From: the human T2T-CHM13v2.0 reference genome, Homo sapiens
Assembly: GCF_009914755.1 (NCBI RefSeq)
Contig: NC_060926.1
Direction: 5' to 3' (one strand)
DNA: 64,000 nt
This document shows, in pieces, positions 1 to 14,038 of the stretch. The notes beneath the pieces are model-generated. The model worked only from the letters and a program-made list of their open reading frames with translations, made no database searches and was not told the DNA's origin. How positions within the stretch are numbered: position 1 is the stretch's first letter; every line of letters begins with the position of its first letter. Both the position numbers and the translations under genes were made by a program.

Positions 1-560
<560 letters not shown>

Positions 561-1494
561 GTTAATATTGAAAATATTTTAATGAAGTAAATCATGGAAG
601 AAGTTACTGTTGACCTTTAAAAATAAGACTAAAAGTAAATACTTCCCAGTGAATACATTTAATACTATCTCAATTCCAGACAAACTAACAGTAGCTTTAG
701 CCTCAGACTCTACCTCCGCATACCCAGAGTATAATCTTAAACACTAGAAACCCAAATATTTTTTCTCAGCAATCGAATTAGAAATCTTGTTTCAAGTGCC
801 ACCCCACAAATTAGGCAAGGAATCTCTCCCACATAAATATAAACCTAAAATGCATATCTAATGTCTTAGGATGATGACAACACACACTGGAGTTCATATC
901 CCCAGTGTTGGTTTTGCATCTTTCTAATCCCCATTCTACTTGGGGACATTCACTTAACTGAGGTTGGTGATTTCCTCATTTCAGGGCATTCTACCAACCC
1001 AAAGGCCTATTTCCATTTTGTTCTCTCTTTATTAAGTTTCTGATGTTTTTCCTGTGTCAGCAATGGTATCTCTACTCCAAGACTTACTGCTTACCTCTTT
1101 TTCACCCAATAGCTTTCCAACCCTCAAATACACCCAACATTCCACATTATTTATGAAGATCTATTTTCTAGAAATACTCTTTGCCAAACCAGGCAAAATT
1201 CCACCTGTAAATTTAATACTTACAGTTTTAGGTAAATCCTAGCTCTTATATTTTAGATGTTTTCCATTCCAAAAATTCTTCCTTTTGAAAGCAGAGAATT
1301 TACCCTGACATAGTACTTACTCTCTCTAGAACATAAACCCTAACAACCCTTTAAAAGTGATGTGATGACTTCTAAACAGGGCATTCTCATTGTTGGAATT
1401 CAGTCAACTTGGTTTCCCGCAGTCTGGGAAGGAGTGCAGTTAATTTTTAATTTGAAAACAAAAACAAGGAAGACATACTAAAACTCTTCAATAT

Positions 1495-1796
1495 TGATAT
1501 ATATATATTTTTTTGAGATAAAGAGTCTCACTCTTTTGCTCAGGCTAGAGCGTGACGTGATTTTGGCTCACTGCAACCTCTGTCTCTCAGGCTCAAGCTA
1601 TTCTTGTGCCTCAGCCTCCCAAGTAGCTGGGATTACAGGCGTATGGCAACACGCCCAGCTATTTTTTTGCATTTTAGTAGAAATGGGGTTTCATCATGTT
1701 CACCAGGCTGGTCTCAAACTCCTGGCCTCAAGCGATCCACCTGCCTCGGCCTCCCAAAGTGCTGGGATTACAGGCATAAGCCACCATGCTTGGCCC
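1495..1796 (-). mobile_element. Alu
   Basis: Antisense Alu consensus. Confidence 0.95.
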
Positions 1797-2132
1797 AATT
1801 TTGATAATTTTTATAATTAAGACAGATGGAAATCAATTTACCATTAAACTGTGAATGTTACTTTAAAAAAAGTAACAATACATTCCACCTGAAGTGGCAT
1901 TAAAAAATTAAGTTAAAAAAAATTTTAAAGTAACAATACAAACAAAAGTATTGAAAAATGTTTAAAATATTCAAGCTACTTTTAAATATCCTTCAAATAC
2001 TTTAACAGCATCCATTTGAAGATAAATAATTCAAAAGTTAAAAACAAATCATTCTTATCTAGTATTTCAAGCAGTTCTAAGGACCTGTTCCAGACAACAT
2101 GGTTAAAGAAGACTGTATCCTTAAAGTAATAA

Positions 2133-2482
<350 letters not shown>

Positions 2483-3299
2483 TTAAACTCATCCATTAAG
2501 CAGTCTCAATGAGGTTACTGCATAAAAATACATACAATCCTAGAGGTCATCAATTGGACTCATATTTCAAATTACTTTAACAGTGACTTCAATAACGTTT
2601 CACCTGATAATTTAATTGCTTTATTATTTGCTATAAGAGTCCTGTTACATTAAAAGAATGTTTAAGAAATAACACGTAATAACAATTAGCTTTGGGAAAT
2701 TACTCTGTTACAGACACAATTTACTAATTTGGTGATTAATAAAATCAAGACAAATAAGCATGTTCACAAGCTATCATTTAAAAATTCAACAGGTTGTTTT
2801 TTGGCCTTCAAATATGCTCTATCTTGCTTATCAGCCATTAGGCAGCAATGGAGAAGTGAGACTGTCATTTTATAATTACATTTAATCTCTAGTTTCTAAA
2901 TTTCATGGCAAAGTACTCAATCAAGAAAAAAAATGTTGATCAAAATATCATAAAGCTACAGTAACTAAAACAATGTGATGGTGGCACAGAAAAAGGCAAA
3001 TGAATCAATGAAAACAAATAGTCCAGAAAGTCACAGATATCTGAGAATTTAGTATCTGTTAAAATGATATGTCAAGTCAGTGGAGAAAGGACTAGGCAAC
3101 CCTACCTCATATTAGAACAAAAAGAAACTAGCAGTATCAACAGAAGGAAAACTATTAAAAAGTATTAAAAGAAAACTTTAGAAAGTATATCTGTAGTTCT
3201 TGAGGTGAAAAAAAAACCTTCCTGAACAAGAACCAAATCTCAGACATCAGTAAGAAAAAAAAAAGATTGGCAAATTTTCAAATGTTAGTTAAAAAAAAG

Positions 3300-3725
3300 T
3301 TTTAAATTGACTTTTTATTGATACATAATAATGGTACATGTTTATGGGGTACATGTGATATTTTAATACATGCATCAACGTATACTGATCAAATCAGGGT
3401 AATGGGGATATCCATCACCTTAAAAATTATTTCTTTGTTCTGGGAATACTCCAAATCTTCTCTTTCAGCTATTTTTAAATATGCAATAAATTGTTAATGA
3501 TAGTCACCCTACTGTGCCATCAAACACTAGAATTTATATCTTCTCTATAACTGTATTTTTGTACCAATTAACCAGCCTTGATTCCATATCTTGGCTATTG
3601 TGAATAGTGCTGCCATAAACACGGAAGTGCAGATACCTCTGTGACATACTGATTTCCTTTCTTTTGGATGTATACCCGGCTGCGGTGTTGCTGGATCACA
3701 TGGCAGTTCTATTTTTAGTTTGGTA
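3300..3725 (-). mobile_element. Old L1M 3'-end fragment
   Basis: L1 3'UTR-type motifs (gtacatgtgatattt, ttggctattgtgaatagtgctgc, gttctatttttag). Confidence 0.7.
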
Positions 3726-4106
3726 AAAATCTTTTTTAATGGGTATTGAAATCAATTACATATGTGAAAATAGACGAAAATAAATGTATCTATTAGTTTG
3801 TAGATATCTCTGCAGAGGAGAGAGGAATTGGGAAGTGGGAGCAACATTTAGTTCACGGAACATTCCTGTTGCTTTCAAATTTTTTACAATGACTGCATAT
3901 TACTTAGGAAATGTTTTGAGTAGAATTTGTTAAAAGAAGTAAAATGTGAGAAACAATTTAATCCTTAGAACAGACATTTAAATATACTGTCAAATCTAAA
4001 AAGCTTCCAAATTATACAAATGAGAATGCTACTTTTTCCATTGCATTTAAAAATTACATGATGTTTAAAGTAAAATTAAAATCCTTATCCGTGGTAAATC
4101 TGGTAC

Positions 4107-4322
4107 CTTGGCTTCTTCAAGTTCCTTGTTGGCGGAATCCACCACAAAATTTTTCTCTTTTTCGAGTTGCTCTGCTAGTTGGTCAATTTTAATCAATTCT
4201 TTACAAAGATGCTCATTGTGGCTGGTTAAATCATCTACTTGACTGCTTACCACCTCCTTACTATCCAAGAGTTTCCTAACATATTCTTCCAAGCCATGAT
4301 TTGTCTGTTTGAGATCTTCAAT
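4107..4322 (-). CDS. TSGA10: TSGA10 internal exon, 216 nt, phase 0-0, open: [72 protein letters not shown] (CEP135-like coiled coil; usually regarded as 5'UTR)
   Basis: Minus-strand acceptor aataaCAG|ATT at 4322 and donor AAG|GTACCA at 4107; 72 codons with no stop; heptad-rich. The exon is well supported; its coding status is inferred. Confidence 0.8.
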
Positions 4323-4712
4323 CTGTTATTATCAGAAAAAAAATCACATTAAAATAATTCCTTAGCTTTTTTCTGGGGAGCAGCTGTGTGACTGGAATCA
4401 GGAAGGGAGATTTGCTTCCCTGGCAAAGAAACTTAACTCTATACCTTTTTGTGCCTTCTGAATTTTGTACCATGTGAATGTATTACCTATTTGAAAAAAT
4501 ATATTAAATAAACATTTTAAATTTTATAGCAATATCTTTCAAGACAATTTATAGTTTATTTTAAAAAGAACTTAATTACTATTGATTTTTAGCCAATCTA
4601 TTAGAAAAATGGCCAAATATTTATATCTGCAATAAAGAAACTTCAATAGCTTTGAAATTAATTTTAATACCATTAAGAGTTCTTTTAATTAAATTTCTAA
4701 TTATTGTTATTA

Positions 4713-5079
<367 letters not shown>

Positions 5080-5113
5080 TTAAAAAGTCCTTTTGAAAGT
5101 ATCAGTAACTTAC

Positions 5114-5249
5114 TTGACTAAGCTAAATATCAAATCAATCAAGTATTTGCTGCCTAATGTGGAGGAACACAGCTTTCCTTCCCAGCCCACTATCAAACCA
5201 TCAATGGATGAAGAAAAGGGCCTTTTCTATCACAAAGGTATCCAAATGC
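5114..5249 (-). other. TSGA10: TSGA10 136-nt cassette exon (frameshifting, in-frame TGA)
   Basis: Minus-strand acceptor TTTTTTTTTTCCTTTAAAG|GCA at 5249 and donor CAA|GTAAGT at 5114; reads AFGYLCDRKGPFLHPLMV* when spliced after exon 13910-14038. Confidence 0.7.
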
Positions 5250-8006
5250 CTTTAAAGGAAAAAAAAAATTAGACCCATTGAACAATGATTATGTCAGGAA
5301 CTATATTAAATTCCAAAAATACAAAGATAGGTTAGATACCTGCCCTCAGGGAACTCTTTGTTTACTTGAGGAAATACAAAGACAACATGTTAAGTGCAAT
5401 AACAAAAATAACTACGAGGTAAAGTCATGGTACAAATTCTTTTCCATAGTACTTGTCTCTCATTGTGTATTTAACAAATATTTATTGAGCACCTATTGTG
5501 TCTAAGATACTGTGTTAGTACCCTGTAAAAGATGCATTAAAAACAACAGCAACAAAAAAAAACACTCGCACACAGAAGTTTCAGTCTGTAAGGAGCATCT
5601 GAAATTGCTAAATACCTGACCTCTTAGTTCTAGCATTATTCTTGCCCTGAGGTTGCCCTTTTCAAACAGCTATAGAGTTATCGTCTTCCAAACCATTAAA
5701 AACAAAGTTGTCTTCAAAAAAACTTTATAAGTTGTCACTACATAAAAATATCCTAAGTCATGAATTATTTTTAAATATGCTACAATGCCATTTATTATAC
5801 CCAGTAAATAGCCCACCAAGAGGCATAATTAAAGTCATTATTTTAATCCAGTGTCTCCTACTCTCTTCTCTTTTGGCCTTCTCCCATCTGCTCTCAAAAA
5901 TTCTTCGAAAATGCAAATTTGAGGTCATTCCTATAACCTTATGTTGCCTCATGACACTGAGAATGAAATTTTAAAATGCCATTTATGATCCAACTCGACT
6001 TAGCTGTCCAACCTAACTTCCCACCACCAGACACACTATAAAAAACAATCTCATTAAATTCATTTAAAAACTTCTTTTAGGGGAGTTATTGAAATGTACA
6101 CACTTGAAATTGAAGTGTTATCAAAGAACCCTCCTTATGAGAATCCTCAAGGAAAACCCTACTTAGGCTTCAATTTCAGGAAAATACGTGCCTTTTTTGG
6201 AAACCTGGTTTGTTCTTACCCTAACAATCATTAATTATTTAACTAATATTTCTATTTGCCTTTGCCTCTAGAAATTTTAAAGCTTAATCCAAAGCCCACC
6301 TCTAGCAACATGCACAGAAACTAGGTACAATGATCTGTTCGTTATTGTCATCCCAGGCTTTCACTGTTTACTTATTTTACCCTACCCTTATTATTTCAGC
6401 TACTTTCTTTTAAAACAAACAGACAAACTACAGGACGTGAAACAGATAAACTTCAAGTTGTGTTTTTCATCTTTGTTCGTGGCTTTTCCTATGCCATGTT
6501 TCTCAGCAACAAGAGCACACTAAAAATGTCTGTTAACTTCCCACTGCACCAGGAGATGTTCTTGGTGCTTCTCCTTTCCAGTATGTGTGCCCATAAAGCC
6601 TCTTATATAAGTTTATCTCAATATTTTATAAGATGCATTAAAATCATTTATTTCCCTGTCCCTTCTACTAGATTCTAAACAACTTAAAAGACTGTATTGT
6701 CTCATTTCTGTATCAACACATCACTTGTTTCTGCATCATTTATTACGTATCTCACATATAATCCTCAAATTATTAAGTAAGCAAATAAAACAAATTATTA
6801 GTAATATAAATGAACACTCCCCTCCCTTCTCTCATGAACTTTACTTTTACTCAATTCCAAGACAAAAGTACTTTAGAAGAGGCAGTCTGGAGTAACACAA
6901 AGGATATGGGCTCTGGACTTCGGCAGAGTTAGGTTTAAATCCTGTTGTAGTTCTTTACCAGTTATGTAATTGGGGAATTTACCATATTTTCTTGATCCTA
7001 GAAGATGCACCTGACTTAAGAAAAAAAATAAATGAGAGTCTCTTGAGTTTCTTCTGTTAAAGGGACAGAATGCCTAGAATTTGCAGAATTGTCATTAGAC
7101 ATTATATAAGAGCTCAAGTAAAATTTCCAGTATTATAGGTACTCAATTAGTTTTGTTAAAAATTTTTATTTTTAAATAAGATTCACAGGAAGCAAATGTA
7201 GTACAGAGAAGTCTCATACGCCCTTTACTCAGTTTCCGCTGATAGTTGTGTCATAAACAACATAGTATATCATACCCAGATACACCATGTGCATGGTGTT
7301 CTATATGATTTTTCTCACATGTGCAGATCTCTGTAACTACCACCTCAAGATATAGAACTGTTCCATTACAACGAGACCATTCTTCTGCTGCCCCTTTATA
7401 TTCTCCTTCCCCGCCCTCAATTCTTCCCACCAATGTGTACAATTTTGTCATTTTGAGAATGTTACATAAACAAAATCATAGAGCATGTGATCTTTTGAGA
7501 TTGCTTTCTTTCACTCAGCACAGCGTCCTTTAGATCCACGCAAGTTGTTATTTGAACCAAATAGGATCATTCCTATTTATTGCTGAATAATATTCCATGG
7601 TATGGAATACCACAGTTTAACCATTCACCAATTAAGGAAAACTGGTTGTTTCCAGTTTGGGAATATAACAAAGCCGCTATGAACAACTGAGTAGGATATA
7701 AGTTTTGAGTAGATATAAGTTTTCCTTTCTCTGGAATAAATGCCCAGGAGCACAACTGCTGGGTTGTATGGTAAATGTATGTTTAGTCTTACCAAAAACT
7801 GCCAAATCATTTTCCAGAGTGGCTGTACCATTTCATATTCTTACCAGGAATGGATGAGTGATCCAGTTTCTCCTCATCCTTGCCAGCATTTGGTATTGTC
7901 ACTATTTTTTATTTTAGTTACTGTATTGTTATTTCATCATGGCCTTAATTTGCATTCCCCTGATGTTTACAGAGGCTGAACATCTTTTTCTAGTATACCA
8001 GACATC

Positions 8007-8316
8007 CTTCTGTGAAGTATCTCTTCATGTGTTTTGCTCATTTTCTAACTGAATTGTTTGCTTTTCACTATTCAACTTTAAGAGTTCTTCATTTGATACA
8101 ATAGGTATGAGTCCTTTAGCAAATATGTGGCTTGTAGTTAGTCTTTTCAACATCTTAGCAGGTCTTCTGCAAAGTAAAAGACTAACTACAAACCACATAT
8201 TTTCTAAAGGACTCATACCTATTGCATCAAATGAAGAACTCTTAAAATTGAATAGTGAAAAGCAAACAATTCAGTTAGAAAATGAGCAAAACACATGAAG
8301 AGATACTTCACAGAAG
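8007..8316. repeat. Inverted repeat: 141-bp arms (8007-8147 and 8176-8316), 28-bp spacer, 4 mismatches
   Basis: Direct reverse-complement comparison; the ORF track shows near-identical peptides on opposite strands (8025-8216 - and 8107-8298 +). Confidence 0.97.
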
Positions 8317-8626
8317 TATATATATTCATATATATATATGTGTGTATATATATTTGAGACAGAATCTCATTCTCACCCAGGCTGGAGTGCAGTGGTACAA
8401 TCTCAGTTCACTGCAACCTGCCTCCTGGGTTCAAGTGATCCTCCCACCTCAGCCTCTCAAGTAGCTGGGACTACAGGCATGCACCACCTGCCTAGATAAT
8501 TTGTGTAATTTTTAGTAGAGATGGGGTTTTGCCATGTTGGCCAGGCCGGTCTTGAACTCCTGGCCTCAAGTGATCCATCCACCTGCCAAAGTGCAGGGAT
8601 TATAGCCACGAGCCACCACACCCGGC
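8317..8626 (-). mobile_element. Alu with degenerate (TA)n tail
   Basis: Antisense Alu consensus. Confidence 0.9.
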
Positions 8627-9359
8627 CAAAAACTTCAATTTTGATTAAGTCCATATTACCAATTTTTCCTTTTATGAGTCATGCTTTTGGTATCATATCT
8701 AAGAACTTTCCATCCAAGCCTAACTTCCTGCAAATTTTCTCCTATGTTACCTCCTAAAAGTCTCATAGTTTTATGTTTTACATTTACATCTATGGTCCAT
8801 TTAATTTTTTATGAAGTGTGAGATTTAAGTGGAGGGTAACTGTTTTCCCTGTATCTAAATGCTCCAACACCACTTGTTGAAAAGACTATCTTCCACTGAA
8901 CTGCATCTGCATCTCTGTCAAAAAATCGTTTGGCTGTACTTGTATAGGACTATCTCTAGATTCTCTGTTCTGTACCATTCATGTATGTATCTATCCCTCA
9001 CCAATATCACAGTCTTGATTACTGTAGTTATAAGTGTTGAAATCATGAAGAGTTTTGTTTTTGGTGCCTTCCTGTGGATTATCTCAACATTTTTTAGAAT
9101 TCTACGTTGATTTATTTATAGTGTTTCTGAGTGTAACTCTTGTTTGATCTTTTTCTACCAGTTGTTCTAGGCATTACATTATATATACAGAACTTATCAT
9201 AGCCTACATTTTAACAGTTCAAGTGAAAGTACAGAAACCTTACCTGTTAGCTCCCTTTACTCTCCCCTATTAATAAAATAATTTAAATATTTCCTGTACA
9301 TGCATTTAAAACCACATTCGACAGTTAAATACAATTTTGTAAAATTAAAAAAAAATTTG

Positions 9360-9675
9360 AATCGGAGTAGTGGCTCACATCTGTAATCCCAGGACTTTGG
9401 GAGGCTGAGGCAGTGGATCACTTAAGAATGGGAGTTCAAGACAAGCCTGGGAAACATGGCAAAACTCCATCTCTACCAAAAAAAAAAAAAAAAAAAAAAA
9501 AAATCAGCCAACCATGGTGGTGCATGCCTGCAGTCCCAATTACTTGAACGGCTGAGGTAGGAGGATTGCTTGAGCCCAGGAGGCCAAGGCTGCAGTAAGC
9601 AAAGATGATGCCACTGCACTACAGCCTGGATGACAGAGCAAGACCCTGTCTCCAAAAAAAAAAAAGAAAGAAAGA
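9360..9675 (+). mobile_element. Alu (AluJ-like, expanded middle A tract)
   Basis: Alu consensus with J-type ggaggattgcttgagcccagg. Confidence 0.9.
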
Positions 9676-11429
9676 AATTCTGTTTCATTTACCCATATTT
9701 TTTGCTCTATATATTGTTCTTCCTTCCTACTGCTCCAAGATTACTTCTTTTATCACTTCCTTTCTGGTTAGAGAAATACTTTTAGCTATTCTTTTAGGGT
9801 AGCTCTGCTGGCACAAATTATCTTAATTTTTCTTTATCTGAGAATGTCTTTACTTTCCCTCAACCTTCAAGGATACTTTCTCTGGATATAAAATTCTGAG
9901 TTGACAGGTTTGCTTTTTTCTAGCACTTGAAAAATGTCGTGCCACTTCCTTCTTACCTCCAGTTTTTCAGATGAAAAATAACTGCTGTCACTTGAATTGG
10001 TGTTCTTCTATAGATAATGCATGGTTTCTCTCTGGTTACTTTCAGGATTTTTTTAGTGTCTTGGCATGCATTTCTTTGGGTGACTCCTGTTAGGTATTCC
10101 ATCACCTTCTTTCATCTGTTTTATGTCTTTGTGTCAAATTTGTGGGAAATTCAGCCATTATCTCATCAAATTTTTTTAGCACCACTTTCTCTCACTTTTT
10201 TGTCGAACATAGTTTTACCTGTCTCTGAGGCTCTATTCAAATTTTTTTCCATCTATTTTCTCTCTGATGTTCACATTAGGTAATTATTTTTCTAGTCTCG
10301 TGTTCACTGATTCATTCCTCTCCTCCATTCTATTGAGAACATTGAGCTTTTATTTTCAGTTACTTTATTTTTAAAGCTTGTTTTATTGTCACAAAATATA
10401 TATACATAATTTTCATTTTAACATTTTTAAAGTATATAATTCAGTGGCATTAAGTATATTCACAATGTTGTACAACCATCACCACTACCTATTTCCAGAA
10501 TTTTTTTATTCCCCTCCCCCAAAAAACTCTGTACCCATTAAACAACAATTCTATCTCCATAATTTGCCTATTCTAGGCAGAGGTGGAATCAAGCATTATT
10601 TGTCTTCCTATGTCTGGCTTATTGTACTTAGTATGTTTTTGAGGTTCATTCATTTTGCAGCATGTATCAGAATGTCATTCCTTTTTGAATCTGAGTTATA
10701 TTCCATTGTAAGCACATGCCATATTTTGTTTATCCATTCATTTGTTGACATTTGGGTTTTTTCTACCTCTTGGCTACTGTGAATAATGCTGCTATGAGCA
10801 TTTGTATATACGTATCTACTGGAGTCCGTGTTTTCAACTCTTTAGGATATATACCTAGGAGTGGAATAGCTGGATCATATTATTAGTCTGTCTTTAAAAT
10901 TTTGAGAAACCATCAAATGATTTTCACCAAGGTGGCTCCATTTTACATTCCCATCGGCAATGCAAGTGTTCCAATTTCTTCACATCCTCACCAACACTTG
11001 TTATTTTCCATTATAACAACCACCCTAATGGGTATGAAGTGGTATCTCATGGTTTTGATTTGCATTTCTTTAATGGTTGATGATGTTGAGCATCTTTTTC
11101 ATGTATTTATTGACATTTGTATATCTTCTTTGGAGAAATGTCTGTTCAAGTCCTTTGCCCATTTTTGAATTAGATTTTTCTGGGGGGAAAGGGGCTAATT
11201 GTAGGAGTCCTTTGTATATTCTAGATATTAAGCCCTTTTCAGATATGTAATTTGGAAATATTTTCTCTCATGTAGTTAACAGACTAAGTTTTTGGAGTAG
11301 TTTTAGGTTTACAAAAAATTGATTAGGAAGTACAAAGAGTTCCCACACACTCCTCTCTCTCTTCCTCAACACAGTTTCCTCTATTATTTACATTTTGTAT
11401 TAATGTGGTATATTTGTTACAATTGATGA

Positions 11430-11746
<317 letters not shown>

Positions 11747-13909
11747 TACTGTTACATTATTAATAACTAGTATCTATAACTTACCTTAGGGTTCACTCTT
11801 GGCGTTATTCATTCTGTGAGTTTTGACACACATAGGATGACATGTATCCACTATTAGTATATCATACAGAATAGTTTCACTCCCCTAAAAATCCTGTGCT
11901 CCACCTATTCATCCCCTCTCCCTCCAATTCCTGGTAACTACTGCTCTTTTTATGGTTTCTATAGTTTTATCATCTCCATATAGTTGGAATCATACATTTC
12001 GTAGCCTTTTCAGCTTTGTAACATGTTTTCAAGGTTCACTCTGGGTCTTTTCATGGCTACGTAGCTCATTTTTAAAATACACTGAATACTATTCCACTGT
12101 ATAGGTGTACAACAGTTTGCTTATCCATTCATCTATTGAAAGATATCTTGGTTGCTTCCAAGTTTTTGGCAATTATAATAATGCTGCTATAAACATTCAT
12201 AGGCTGATTTTTGTGTGGACCAGTTACTTTATTTTTTAGTTCCAAAATGTCCATTTGGTTCTTCTTTACATCTCTTATTTTTTCCTGAGACAACTTTTCT
12301 TCATTCGTTTCCAGCATGTTCATAATTGCTTGCTGAAGCATTTATATGACTGCTTTAAAGTCCTTGCCAGATAATTGTAACATCCGTTCCATTTCAGTGT
12401 TGGCTTCTCTTGTCTTTTCTCAAATCTTCCTGATTCTTTGGATTACAATGCCTTTTTTAAAAATTGAGACCTAGCATTGTAAGACTCTGGATCTTATGTT
12501 TTAGCAGGCCTCCTGTGACAATGCTCCAACTAAAAAGAAGGGACATTGCCTTATTTCTGTTAGATCAAAGTAGAAGTCCAGTTCCTCTACTTGGCATCTG
12601 TTGATATCTGGAAAGGGTGGTGTTCCTAGATACTGCTAGGCAAGAATGGGAGTTCAGGCTCCCCACTAGGCCTCTGCCATTACCACCAGCCTGGGAAGAA
12701 TCCCAGAGGTGCCTCATTACAGTTCCCTACGTGTCCCCCACTGACACCATGGATGGGTGGCCTTTACTGCTGATAGGTGGTAGAAGTTCAGGTCTCCACC
12801 ACAGCAAGAAGGAGTGCCTCTTACTATAAAGTAGGAGTAGATGGCTTGGCTCCTCATGTTGTCTCTGCTGACATCACGGGGTTCAGGGCCTCCTTATCCC
12901 CTGGTGAGGATAAAAGTCCTAGTTTCCCACTTAGCCTTCTCTGATATCACCCTGGTGTGGGAGGAGTGGGTAGGTGTAGGCACAAGTGGGGCACAAGTGT
13001 GTAGGTGAGGCACAAGTGGGGCTCCTTGTTATAGTCTGGCAAGCGTGGAAAGTGTAGGCTCTTTACTTGGCCTGAGCTGGCAGGAATGGGGCTGTAGTTT
13101 TTTCTGTGGTATTTGCTTGGAGTGGATAGTTACTCTCTTAAAAGTTGTCTGCCTTGATAGGCTGCTCCTTTCCTGGTCCTTTTCTTCGGTCTTTCTTTTG
13201 TGCCTATTGTTATTTCTAGTTGCCAGTTTTTCTAGCAGCTGTCTGCGACATACGGAGAAAAAGAAACCCAGGAACAAACATGTTGTTCTTTGTGTCTTGA
13301 GATCCTTAGCCAATGTTCCTTCTCCTCTCCACCTTTCAAAGTCTTAAATTCTTTTATACATAATGTTCAGAGTTTTTAGCTGTACTTAGCAGGAGGAATA
13401 AAAAAAAGTAAGTCTACTCTATCTTCCTGGAAAAAGAAATCTCTTTTAATAGCCTTTATTAATAGCTATATTACATGTCAAGCATCAGGAGAACAGGAAC
13501 AATACTGAACTTGAAGTTCAGAGAATTGAGTTCAAATCCCGGCTAACACGGGAGTTTGGAGAAATCGTAGTTCTGTCACTTGTTACTCAAGTGTCATAAT
13601 TATTTAACCTCTTAGAACTTCAGCTTCCACATCTATAAATGGAAACGGCATCACTTTTTCGCAAGTTGGGGATGATTAAGTAAAAACTGTATACCTGAAA
13701 ACATCTGACACAACACTTGACACGTAGTTTGCACTCACTGACTCTGACTCTATGTTTATCAAAATGGTTAAGATAAAAATTGAATGATTTTAGACCCATA
13801 ACATTTAAATGAGCTCTGAATTAGTAGTTATTTATTCTCTATCTTCTTGTTTCAAAATAGGCTCCCACCCCAAATTAAGTCAGGAAAATATGTTGTAACT
13901 AAACGCAAC

Positions 13910-14038
13910 CTGTAATTTCAGTGTCGAGATGAATCTATCTTGGTTTCTCACTTCTTGTTCTAGCTGGAGAGTATTCTGGTAGTTTTCAGCTTCAGAAACT
14001 GGAGCCCCTAGACCAAAATCATATTCTTTGGTGGTAAC
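13910..14038 (-). CDS. TSGA10: TSGA10 internal exon, 129 nt, phase 0-0, open: VTTKEYDFGLGAPVSEAENYQNTLQLEQEVRNQDRFISTLKLQ (usually regarded as 5'UTR)
   Basis: Minus-strand acceptor ttctttgtactAG|GTT at 14038 and donor CAG|GTTGCG at 13910; 43 codons with no stop; coding status inferred. Confidence 0.75.

Noticed and set aside
8025-8298. Pair of near-identical 63-aa ORFs on opposite strands suggesting a toxin/antisense pair
   Set aside because: A trivial consequence of the inverted repeat in degraded L1 sequence.
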